Assembly: GCA_051362555.1 (NCBI GenBank)
Contig: CM120643.1
Coordinates: 18,046,848-18,110,847, forward strand
Length of the DNA stretch: 64,000 bases
Reading direction: 5' to 3'
Origin: Lingula anatina
Taxonomy: Eukaryota > Animalia > Brachiopoda
Part shown: in pieces, positions 51,260 to 62,606 of the stretch
Layout: the number at the start of each line of letters is the position of its first letter
Position numbering within the stretch: the stretch's first letter is position 1
The notes under the pieces: generated by a model
Database searches by the model: none
The model's input: only the letters and a program-made list of their open reading frames with translations
What the model was told of the DNA's origin: nothing
Program-made: the position numbers and the translations under genes

Positions 51260-53558
51260 GATAATGCGGAATAAAAATCGCAATTTAATTTGTGTCTCAT
51301 TAAATAAGGCAATAATTCGAAAAAAGCTTATATCTGCAATCCTCCCTATTTCTGTTGAGTACATGTGAATTTTGCGTAATTTCGTCTGTAAACCATACAA
51401 AAGTTTCCTAAACCAGTACCTAACTACCCTACCCTGCCCCTACCCCCTATCCGGTGGTCTGGCAATTATGGCCAATACATGTAACTTCCTCCCTTCTTAC
51501 CTCCTGTCCTCCCCATCCGGTGGTCTCGCAATAGTGATCAGCCTCCCTTCTTACCTCCTGTCCATCCCCATCCGGTGGTCTCGCAATAGTGACCAGCCCC
51601 CCTTCTTACCTCCTGTCCATCCCCATCCGGTGGTCTCGCAGTAGTGACCATCTGCCAACTCCTCGTTCACTGTGGGCAGACACACAGGACTAATCTGGTC
51701 AGTGAAGGTCACACGATTCTTCAGCTTGATTAAGGCCACGTCATTGGATAAACTCCTCTTGTTATATTTTCGGTGGATGTAGATTTCCTTGGCTTGGACT
51801 TTGATAGCATAATTAGGACTTTCAACTCTCTTGAGATTATGGTCTCCCAAGCGCACGAATACCTTTTTTGCACGTTTGCTGTAAAGAAAAACGGGTTATA
51901 ATTATTCATTTTTTTATTCGATTTTTCTTCTTTTGGTTTTTCATTTTTGGACGAATGTAATGTCGATTGCACGGTTCATAGAGAAATTGACAAAAAGGAA
52001 AGTAACACAAGCCGTACCGTGCCACACAATGGGCCGCTGTCAGAACCCACTGATCCGATATCAGGGTTCCTCCACAGTACTGGTCATCGGTGGAGTCCGT
52101 AATCGCTGCCATCCAAGGCCAACTGTTTTTCAATGCCTTTCTCCCTCCGATGATTTTGACTGACACGTCGCCCTCGTCGCCCTTTTCGCCCACAGAGGGA
52201 ACCTTGCGACGACGGCTAATTTTACCCGCGGTCGAGATCGGTGTAATTGCTGGACGTCCGCATGTTGATGCTGAAATAAGACGTTATATACAGACTGGCT
52301 CCCCATCCCTAGATCGATCCACTAAATTGCTTTCAGCTTATGTGGCTTAGATGTCTGACACGCCTGCTAGAGCTGCTAAACGATAGTCAATTACCCCCTA
52401 TCAGCTTCAGTAGGCGTGACAGACATCTAAGCCGTTTTAGTTAATTGCAATTAAGCGAGAATCCCCTTGGAGATAGTTCGATCCAAAGTTAGAACGATTT
52501 CTCTGGGAATGGTCTCGTTATATATAGACTAAAGCTGTCAAAGAAATGTGTAGTCATGTTAACCATGATGCAAATTTTAACTCAAGAAAAAACTGGAAAA
52601 GCACTCAGAGAGCGCGGACCTCCGCCAAGGTACCTCAATTAACAGGTCAAATATGGAGGGCCCTACATGAAAGAAGAGCTGACTATTCCGCTTATAGTTT
52701 CCCCGCCTCCACACGCGCCGTCTTTGCAGGGTCCTAGCAATTAAACCTCGGAGCCGCGATTTAATCCGTTTAATGGCGCGTGTGGAGGCGGGGAGACCAT
52801 CACTCGGATCTTTTTTCATGTAGGGTCCTCCATATTTGATCGGTGGATCAGTAGATCCTCGGATCTTCTGTTCTGAATGACCTCTAAGTAAGCCCATATC
52901 TGATCTATTCTAAACATTTCATCAAAATCCATCCTAACTATGATTGAGGGTGATGACAAACAAATAATCAAACTGAGGTGAAAACATAACCTCTTCTTTG
53001 CGGAAATTATTATGATGAGATGTTTGAATTGACCATACCCCGAAATTTATCCAACATTTACTCTTTAAGTCAACAGTTCAGAAAGCATTGGAGAAGCGAG
53101 CAGTTTTGCTGAGAATCGAGGATGGATACTTTGAGATCTTCAATGTTATATGCTCTGATAGCCCTCTGGCAGTGAAACTACACACCATCAAAGGTAATCA
53201 AGAGAAAGAATAGTGTTTGTCTAGGAAATTCAATATCTTCTGAACTGTTCACAGCAGCACTGGAAAGTATATTCGAAAAATAGAAAAATAGAAAACATCG
53301 TAAAAGATGGAGGGATGGGATAGACCAATACTGAGTTGGACGATAAACAAACTGGAAGTGGAAGCGTGGAACTGGAAGCATGCAGAGGCCTTTATCCAAC
53401 ACTGGAACACTTTATGCTCTAAAATATGATGATGATGATGATGATAATGATATTGGTGATTAATAAACAAGTGAAATGTCAAATATAAGTATTTTACCTT
53501 CTGCCAGTCGCACTGAAGCGGAAAAACAGCATGCCACGAAAAGGACGAAGATCTTCAT
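50238..53558 (-). CDS. Secreted trypsin-like S1A serine protease, copy B; 5 exons, 298 aa
   Basis: Exons 53558-53498, 52270-52018, 51878-51610, 50906-50767, 50411-50238. Exon lengths (61/253/269/140/174) are identical to copy A. Signal peptide [22 protein letters not shown]|[27 protein letters not shown]. Confidence 0.95.
51430..51650 (-). repeat. ~55-bp tandem array (~4 units) of exon-3 3' end plus splice donor, protease B
   Basis: Minus-strand unit TGGTCACTATTGCGAGACCACCGGATGGGGATGGACAGGAG|GTAAGAAGGGAGGC. Donors at 51609, 51554 and 51500; the last unit is degenerate. Confidence 0.92.
52291..52515. mobile_element. MITE (GATCGATC family) in intron 1 of protease B with a probable target-site duplication
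   Basis: Internal inverted repeat GCTTAGATGTCTG.CACGCCT / AGGCGTGACAGACATCTAAGC. Flanked by the direct repeat CGTTATATA (52282-52290 and 52516-52524). Absent at the same position of copy A. Confidence 0.75.
52590..53010 (+). mobile_element. Helentron/HINE-like non-autonomous element with a nested hairpin
   Basis: 5' AACTGGAAAAGCACTCAGAGAGCGCGGACCTCCGCCAAGG and 3' GAAAACATAACCTCTTCTTTGCGGAAATTA resemble Helentron subterminal repeats. Internal inverted repeats TCAAATATGGAGGGCCCTACATGAAA / TTTCATGTAGGGTCCTCCATATTTGA and TCCCCGCCTCCACACGCGCC / GGCGCGTGTGGAGGCGGGGA. Confidence 0.65.
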
Positions 53559-53599
53559 CTTTACAGATTCACTTGTATCTAACGCAAGAGCGGCGTTTG

Positions 53600-53662
53600 G
53601 TATTGAGAGGAGCGCGTTGGATGCTCTTTTTATGCACCCCCGGATCCACTGCACCTGTTTCA
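53600..53662 (-). promoter_or_regulatory. Core promoter of protease B (E-box, CATAAAA TATA variant)
   Basis: The minus strand reads AAACAGGTGCAGTGGATCCGGGGTGCATAAAAAGAGC, homologous to the copy A promoter. Confidence 0.55.
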
Positions 53663-54708
53663 CCCCATGGCTTTGTATAAAGATGGTATGTTTTGGTTTA
53701 AAGATAAAACATAATTATGGTCAAGATGACCCTGGAAATGGCACTCTACAGGAATGATAATACGGTTTGCTGGTGGTCCATTCACAAACATATTTGATAC
53801 GATATGGGATCTCTTTTTTTGATCTATTCTTACTTTATCTATTTTTTGTGAAGTGTGCAAAATGTTATTCACTGAGTTTGGACGGGTTTCCCGTTTTTGT
53901 ACCCTACAAAACGCACTTTTCCTTGTTATTTTTTAAGTCTTAACGATGTAAAAGGTATAAAGTATAAAGACATTGTATGCCTTAAATTAGAAATGATTAA
54001 AGGACGATTTATTTATTGCTAATGAATTTGAGGGGTTTTTTTTCATTTTAAAACTAAGAACTGGCATTCAGCTACATGTAGGTTAATTGACAGTATCAAC
54101 TATCTGGTGGTTTGCGATCAAATATGTTCACACTGAATGATGACATAAAGAAACAACGTTTAAAGGAAAGCAATTAAAGTGTTAATTTCGTCCGATTTTC
54201 TAGTGTTGTCCCTGCAAACACATGGCGTTAAATATTATAACGTTACCATAACGTTTATATAACCAAAAAACTTTATGGTAACGTTATAACGACGTTCTGC
54301 GTTTGCTGGGGTCTTTTGGTGTTTGACGATCAATTGTTGCTCTGCAGTAAGATGACCTTGAACCAACTGTCTCCTGTTTCGTCCAGAAGATGGGAGATGT
54401 CGTCGAAATGTTTTCTGTCAGACATGGGGCATTACCTTCGGTTGATACCTTAGCGGCCGTGTTTAAATGGAAGCCAGTACAAGGATTGATACTGGAAGAG
54501 AACATAAATCATCCTACGGAAAAAAAAACTTCAACAAATTTAATCATGTAAGCATCTTACGGTAAGATTTATTAAGGTACTGGGAGAAACTGTAAAAAAC
54601 AAGCTATTAAGACTTGTGAAGATTCTTTTGTCTATAGCTATTTATATTAGTTTGATCTTACCATCCAATATTTCATCTGCTTGCAGTCAGATTTCATCAG
54701 GGAATGAG

Positions 54709-54903
54709 GTTGTGACAGGTCTGACAACCTGTCACCCCCTCTGGTGTGCTATTTGGTCAGATCCCCCCAAGTTGAATCGGAATGATGGGACTGAGCTACC
54801 CAACCTCTACCTACCACTCCTAAGGGAGGGGCAGGCAAGGGGGGGGGGGATCTGACCAAATAGCACACCAGAGGGGGTGACAGGTTGTCATACCTGTCAC
54901 AAC
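54709..54903. repeat. Near-perfect 60-bp inverted repeat (foldback/MITE)
   Basis: GTTGTGACAGGTCTGACAACCTGTCACCCCCTCTGGTGTGCTATTTGGTCAGATCCCCCC (54709-54768) matches its reverse complement at 54844-54903 with one mismatch. Confidence 0.9.
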
Positions 54904-55842
54904 TGTGTGAGAAACATACTGTAGGCGTGAGCTTGGTTTTTGCTCACTTCTTTTTTATTGTATCCGTATTCCCCCGACTTTTATAATTAGGTCCAGGTTA
55001 TAAAGGTCCACTCTGGGTAAAATTTGATCTAGGTACATGAAGTTTTTATGGAAAAAGGTCCACTTTTTCAGAAAAAGAACCCCCTTTTTGAAATTGCTAG
55101 CTACGGGCCTGTACCGGATTAATAGATTAACACGACTCCACCTGAGTAGAATACAGAAGAGCTGGGTGTTATAAGAGTACGGTGGAAACTAGAGGAGCCT
55201 TGCTAATGTATTTATCCGATTGCATTCAGCTAGAGACCCCACAGAGTTAGTTCGAACAACCTGGGACGATAGTTTCATTGTGAACCCACCCTAAGATGCT
55301 ACTCTGATATGATGGGCGGTGTTACGAATTCAGTTTTTTTTTTAATCAAGTGCCGTCGCGAAACAGTCATTTTCGGGCACATATGTGAGCAGTTATTATG
55401 TGGCTTAGATGTCTGGCAGTTAGAAAGTTAGTTAGAAAGATAAATAATCAGGAAAAAGATCTGGGGTGAACATTCAAGAACAGCCCAAGATAATCAAACA
55501 CTGGGGGTACGTGAATCATTCGAGCAAGGAGGTGCTTGATCCGAGGTAACCCAGAGTTACTCTCTACCAGGGCGACAGATTGATTTTCCACAGATATTCA
55601 CAGATATGTCTCTAGATAAATAGACGGTCATTTTGGTCTGTTGTCAGGTGGAGTGTAGCCCAGAGTAGGGGGAACTTGCGTAAAATCAACCGATATTTCG
55701 TAGGGTTTGGGGAAGAGTTGTACAGACTAAAGACGAATTAAAGCTGACTTAATTTATCCACGAACATTGTTTTTTTTCTATCAAATTAGACTGTGTCAGT
55801 TTTGTGTTGTTTTCCGAGACAACATTCCCGGGTCATAATAAT

Positions 55843-55891
<49 letters not shown>

Positions 55892-56504
55892 TTTATTTGA
55901 AGAGGGTAAAACATGTTGTGCAAAACCTTATCTTACACATGGCCCTCTGAGGGGTTAGAATAAAATTTTCGCATTCTAGTCTGGCATGGTGTCACGCAGC
56001 GCCGACAGCGTCATTTTATACTATTTGGGATAATTCTCATTGTTTGCTATTTCATTTTATCCTGTTGGAATAATAAATTTTGCTGTCGCTAGCGCTCCCT
56101 CACCCCCCCCCCCCCCCCACACACACACACAAACACGAAGTGGCTAAAGCCAAGTACAAAAAAATGAAGAGACTTCAATTTCCTCCAATTTATGTGTTGC
56201 TTGTCACTTCTACGAGGCAGGGTTATTTGGCACTTTCATCAAAGGTCAAACTGATCCAGTTTTTTCTACAATTGTGAAGGAAGAAATAACCAGAAAGTTT
56301 GCTAATATTATGATACAAATATGACTCAAAACATGAAATCATCTGATATGGACTGCACAATATGTTCACGTGGACCTAATTTCCTTCCCTTAAATTGGAT
56401 CAATCTTCCGGAGTGACTTTTGAAAGTATGTCGTCAATAAAGTACTCATCATATGGCCTACAGTTAAAATTATAGATAAAAACATCAACATCAACAACAA
56501 CAAC

Positions 56505-56562
<58 letters not shown>

Positions 56563-57680
56563 ACATGAGTCAAAAGGTAGAGTAAGAATGGGGAATAGAG
56601 TTCTTTATTCCATGTCGATATGTCAAATTTACAAAGTGTCAGGCAAACTCAGAAGTTATCAATTACATAATTAATCGTGCTGTATTTTAAGAAATTTTAA
56701 TTTCTTTTTATCCCTCGGGGTATCAATGAATTCTGTGTTGTGACAACGGCAATGAAAAGCATTTCATAATATGCTCTTTCTCTGGGGGCGTTTCTTTTAA
56801 TCCCAATCCAATAGGTAACAGAATGCCCACCTAATGCGCCATAAAAGGGTTTCTTCAGTCGAACGCACCATCCGAGAGGTCGAAGAGAATGGTTGCTATT
56901 TTGAAAACAATTGTATTGCTCTGAATATGCGCGTGTTAGCACTGTAAACAAAGTGCTTGAAAATTGTAGAGAGAGTAAAAGGTGTGCTTTACCCCGTCAA
57001 CACAAAGCGGCCTATTTATTGACACAGAGACTTGGGTCCTTTCGCTTAATATACAGACGGGAGAAAAGCTGCGACATTTTGTTCTTGAGCCAAGGTTGTG
57101 ATATACGCTGTTGATTCCTTACATATTTTGGCTTCAGAAACGCGAGAAAAGTACCCTAAAATGGAATTCCACTGAAAGCAGACGACTGAAGCTAGTCAAT
57201 CAAAACACCACCTATTTGCTCATCGGCGGCGTGAACAAGAATTTATCGATTGTTTTCGTGTGTAGTGGATAGTGTCCTGACAAATGTTGGTAGGGTTTTA
57301 ATGTGCTGCAGCATGGACGCCATCTTGGACGCTGAAATCACTGTCTACAACTCCGTAAGTTTACGTTAACTGTACGTCAAAGCCACCAAGGATAGACAAC
57401 GTATTCGAGGAGAGACAAAAGACAGAAAAGCAAATCTAACAGATGTGAGACTGAACTTCAAAGTGAAGAATTTTCCAAATATTTCCTAGAAAGTTTTTTT
57501 ACAAGACAACCGTGTGTCTAATAACATTTTACACTGTACTAATACAATACAGAAAACATTCTTCGAAGGAGGAGAGGCACACAATCCACAGAATTGCTCA
57601 AATATATTTATACTATCTATAAATATATCAACAATATGTCTACCCATCTTCAACGCCACTCTACGACCATTTTCCTGGGA

Positions 57681-57865
57681 ATGAATTCCTGGAAAGAAAG
57701 CGCCGCCATGCTGTTGGTGGGAGTGCTCATATGTCTTCCAGGTAACGATGAAAATTTTATTTCTAAAATGCTGATTATCATCTGTCCGCCTGTCTCTCTG
57801 TCTGTCTGTCTTTATGTCTGTTTGTATGTCAGTCAGTATGTCTGTCAGCCAGTCAGTCTACCTCC

Positions 57866-57905
<40 letters not shown>

Positions 57906-59238
57906 TTATCTATCTAAGCATTGTAAATGCCTTGTAAATGACAGATAATTGTCATTTTACGCGACGCATCTCTTTCATAATTTCTCAAGGATTCTCTTAA
58001 AGATAAGGTTGCGTTTCCATATAACTTGGGTCGTCCTAACCCGGCTCGACTTGTCTCTGATAACTATTTCATCACTGTAGGAAAATGATCTAAACAATAT
58101 GCAATAATTTCAATGCAATAATTATAATTGTGGTCGGTTGAAGAGGGGGGGGGGGGGGGGGGGGGGGGAGGCAGAAAGATTAGATTTGCTCCCAACATGA
58201 GTTAATCATAGTCTGAGTCTACTTAGTGAGGTGAGTCCAACTTGAATGGAAAAATGACGGAAAACGAATTTAAAGATATAAGACTTTTGTATCTTTATAG
58301 TTATGTACATGTTTTTAAAGTAGTCTTTACTGGTACATATATCACATCTATTCATTCCAGTACTTACTAACGCTTCCAACACCACAACGGCATCCTCAAC
58401 ATCTACTACGACAGCAACGATCACCACAGCAACCGACATCATCCCCAAGGTGATCATCGCCATTGCCGTTATCGCATTCGCTGCAGGTATCGGAGTGGGT
58501 GTGGCTAAATTACTGGACTATATATACGACCACTCCAGGCTCAATGATAATGCTAGTGATATGAGTGAGCACACCAAAGAGATGCTTAAAACACAAATGA
58601 TCCTGATGAAAATGAAGACAAAGAAGAAGAAATTAGGGGACGAGGAACAAGGAGACGGCGAACCTAAAAAACAAAGTAAACTGAAGAGTCTAGTACAACG
58701 CGTTGCAAGCGCGAGGCCCAAAAGTAAGGAAGAAGGGTCGGATAAAAACTTAAATGAAGAAGCAGATAAGCAAACGTCTAGTGATATGAAGGACTCGGCG
58801 GAAAACGAAACTGACGGTGCCAAAACAGAGGCGGCAAAAACAGAAAGTGAGACCCAAGTTACCGAGAAACCGACAGACGACAAAATCGCCAACGAGAAAC
58901 CAAGCAATGCATCAAAAGACGAATCTGATCCCAAACTGAAGAAGGCCGAAAGCAAAGACGCGTTACACACGGGGCACGCCTCTGTCACGCGGACGACAAG
59001 TGACATGCTGGGGTCAGTGGGCGGGCCTTCCGCCAGTGCCGTTAAAGACAAACCAACCCCTACTGCCGTTAAAGACAAACAAACCCCAACTGCTACGTCT
59101 GGGGCTGCCAGTCCGACTACCCCACGGGCTCAGAGCTCCAAAAGTAGTCCCCGCCGTGATTCTAGCCCTGGTGGTAAACATCTTGCCGGGCAGCTCCCAG
59201 CTGGTAAAAAGGGGTCTACGACGGGAAATAGTTCCTAA
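57681..59238 (+). CDS. Uncharacterised type-I membrane protein with short S/T-rich ectodomain; 2 exons, 312 aa
   Basis: Exon 57681-57741 (MNSWKESAAMLLVGVLICLP, phase-1 GTAACG donor) splices in frame to 58361-59238 (TTCCAG acceptor). This gives a signal peptide, NASNTTTASSTSTTTATITTAT, a TM segment VIIAIAVIAFAAGIGVGVA and a ~240-aa K/E/S/T/P-rich tail. An ~880-nt open, GC-elevated frame in AT-rich DNA supports coding status. Confidence 0.78.
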
Positions 59239-60347
59239 TAGTTACGTTAATATACATGTATACTCTCGGTAAATAGTGCGCCTGTGGATATTTCAATAGA
59301 AAACCAGTGCTGTCGTTGAAACTTAAAGAATACATAATTCAAACAGTCTACCCTCCTTATCTTGACCCTTGTTTATTATATGACTTTTTTTGGACGACAT
59401 CTTAAATGGCGATGGACCTATTGAACATTAGTGTTTCTTTTGGCGTGTACTTGTATGCCAATTGTTGACTTGAGTCGCTTATATTCAAACTTTGTGATGT
59501 GAATCTCCTAGATTCTTACCAGAAGCGAATGTTGGTCAGAAGCGATTTCAAGCTGCAATTTCAAAAAAGTACAAGCAGATAGGGGGGTTCTATTAACTTT
59601 TTATTACATGAGGGGCGATTTTTGTTAGACATAATCTAAGACAAGGTTCGTGGGAAAAAGAACATGCTGCTACGAGAACCGCCAACCATACGCCATTTTT
59701 CCTTTTTTATCCAAATCGATTTTCAACTCACAAATATCATCATATGAGATTTTATAGGGCTTCCATTTTGATTGTGATTGTATTCTCCCGGGAAAGTATT
59801 TAAGTAGTGTTTTAACTTGTTTTAACTTGGTACGGCTCATCTCAGCAGATTGTTATTAGACCACCATATTTCCACGATATCTATCGTCACACAAAATATT
59901 TTTACATTAATGACAGGTAAATTGTCATTTTAACTCGACACATCTCCGTCATATTTTTCTTCGATTCACTCGTAGATAATGGTGTGTTTCCAGTTAATTT
60001 GGATCGGGGTTAAAATTTAAGGTGGGGGGGGGGGGGGGAGGGGCACCAATAGATTTCTGTTGGTAAAGAAGGAGGGGTTGAAGTGGGAAGGTGGGTCTCC
60101 CATGGAAATATCTGACATGAATATACTTATACATCAAGGCAATTTATAGAATGTGAATATCAGGATAAAAAAAAAAAAAAAAGAAAAGGGCATGGAGACA
60201 GGAAAATTATAGAAACTTGTTATTACAGCGCTTTGTTAACCATATACTACGTGTTACCATTTATCAGTATTATTTGATGACAGTCTTTGTTACAATTAAG
60301 ATTCACTTAGAAAATAAAACTGTGTTAAGTCTCATAAAATATATGGT

Positions 60348-60386
<39 letters not shown>

Positions 60387-62325
60387 TTCATCATTCTTTT
60401 TTTTTGCCATGAAAGGCATTATTGTTCATGTTGTTCATGTAGTTTTATACTGACCTCAATATTACAGACATGGAATTTAAAAATTGTAAGTGAAGAACTG
60501 AAAGTACTTCCAAACATACCTTTTAAAAAGACGTTATGTTGAACTGACATTTCAGATTTATTCCTGTTATATAAATGGCAGATCTAGTATATATGACTCA
60601 AGGGGTAGGGAAGGGGGCTCTCCTTTCCCAATATTATACTTATCTCAATATTATTGGCATCCTTGCTCGCATAGGAATGTTTTATTTTTACAACTAATGG
60701 TGTTAAATACCTAAGTTGTGGTATTTAAAGCGACACTGCGCCAATCAACCACAGCACTCTCTTAAGTTTGATATTAAACGTACATAGTTTGTTTTAAAAT
60801 CTTACATCTGCCAACAATCAGTGCTTTGTGTAATTGCTATTTCAAAGTAGAAGTTAAACACAGGGATTTATCCGCATTTATGCGTGAACTTGTCACACCA
60901 GAGATGCAAATAACCCAAAAAAAAAAAAAAAAACTGGCGAGAGAAAGTAAAGCACTCAGTCTACAACACAACCGACCGAGTAGATACTATTCTTTTATTC
61001 TGCAGTTTGAAATTCCGTTTTCATTTCCTTTGCCAGCTTCGACTCGATGGACTTTTCAATACTTCTTCGGTCTGCCAAGGAAAATCGAGATTTACATGTA
61101 AACAGTTCCTATAGATCTTATACCAAATGTGTTTCATCCATACAACATTTTAATGGGATTTTGCTATTCAACAAACCCACATTCAATACGACTTATTTGC
61201 ACTCACTCTGTTCAATTAGAAAAAAGCCGGGAAACTGGTGTGGTAAAAACATTTGATTTGTTTTATAAGGTACGTTTTTCACCTTTCAGAAAGTTAGTGC
61301 ATGTAACAACTTAACAAGTCAATCTCCAAGTGTAACATACCGACTAAGTTCAAGAAATCAATTTTGCCAACAATTCTACATATTGATTGCATAGAAATCA
61401 AGTGTCACCATAATGCCTGTCAGAGACAGTTGTCTGTCCTATTCTTACGTCATATGACAATGTGCAATCTTCAGAATAATTCCAGTGGTAAGATTCTAAA
61501 GAAGAATGTTTTACATTCGCTTTCCTTTCCGCTCAGCGTCGTTTTAATTAACACTGTTTTACACATGTATCAAAACCCAGGAAGAGGACTGCATGCTTGT
61601 TTGCTCCCACTCGATGTATGACATAATCCATGAGGGGGGGGGGGGGGGGGGGGCGCCTCTAAATGCATTAGCCATAATGAAATCGAAAATCCACTAGACT
61701 GGAGTTAAGATGGTCCTAGAAACTGAGAGCTTATTGTGATATCACTAGGCAGGTCAGTTTTAACGAGCTGTCACCCTCTTTAGTTTAGTCTTGAAACGTT
61801 TTAGTGAAAAAATTGCCTGACATGGGGTGCAGGATTAAAGTTATTGTCAGCTGATGATGATGCACCGACTGCATCCTGGACATACATGTATTATACATAA
61901 AAGTGGACCCAAGACTGCATGCACAAATCTAAATGCGATTGTTGTTTAATTTTGTCACAACAAACGCATTCACAATGTTTAATCTGTTGTATGATTGTGG
62001 TGTCCGCATCTTATGTAATTTGTGCGCAATATTTGTCAGGTAATGGCAAATTTTCATATAAAATGTCAATTACGATACGATAAAGAGAGAGCATGAAATA
62101 ATAATTATAATGATAATAGCAAAACATCGACAGATGAATTTTTGAACAATTTTACAATGTGGAGCTGTACGATTTTTGAAGTTGTCTCATTTTTATTTTT
62201 ACAATTAATACTAAAAATAATTTGCCATACATAGAAAATAAAAGAAAAATGAAAGATAGAAAAAAAACATTAAAAATCTTTCTTCGGTGGAAAAAGGGGG
62301 GTGTCAAAAATAACAGAAAACTGAA

Positions 62326-62335
62326 ATCACGTGAT
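62326..62335. promoter_or_regulatory. Palindromic extended E-box ATCACGTGAT just upstream of the Spire ATG
   Basis: Perfect 10-bp palindrome of the USF/MiT-TFE/SREBP type, ending 19 nt before the start codon. Confidence 0.45.
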
Positions 62336-62353
62336 CACAACACGCTTTCAAAG

Positions 62354-62606
62354 ATGGCTGCACGGAGCGGCGGCGCACGAGAGAGGCTGTCGAAAATCGC
62401 CGACAAACTCTCTCTCCAAGACATTTTGGAAGCCTTCAACGCCCCTCTGAACGAAGAACAAGCCTGGGCCATTTGCTTTCAGTGTTTGCAACACTTAAAG
62501 AAACACTGGGACGCAGGGAACGCCATTTATATATATGGTCTCCCCTCCGTCTATGTTCACAAAGACGGAACGGTCTCTTGTGAAACTCCGACAACAGGAA
62601 AGCAAA
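62354..62606 (+). CDS. SPIRE: Protein spire homolog, first coding exon (KIND domain N-terminal part); gene continues beyond the window
   Basis: MAARSGG...KLSLQDILEAFNAPLNEEQAWAICFQCLQHL...VYVHKDGTV matches the Spire KIND start as recalled ([26 protein letters not shown]...DG.V). Start context AAGATGGC; GTAAGT donor at 62607 (phase 1). Confidence 0.85.

Noticed and set aside
45558-53558. Protease pair as a haplotype or assembly duplication artefact
   Set aside because: The copies are inverted and differ in many coding positions, intron lengths, TE insertions and repeat unit length.
57313-57354. Possible extra upstream coding exon (MDAILDAEITVYNS, GTAAGT donor) for the membrane protein
   Set aside because: I could not identify a convincing in-frame acceptor, and the ATG at 57681 already begins a signal peptide. 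It could be a UTR exon or a YY1-like motif.
58518-59078. 186-aa minus-strand ORF
   Set aside because: It is the antisense shadow of the low-complexity plus-strand coding exon.
62222-62353. N-terminal extension of the Spire ORF shown in the ORF track
   Set aside because: It starts at a non-ATG codon in A-rich upstream sequence. The ATG at 62354 has a strong context and directly precedes the KIND homology.
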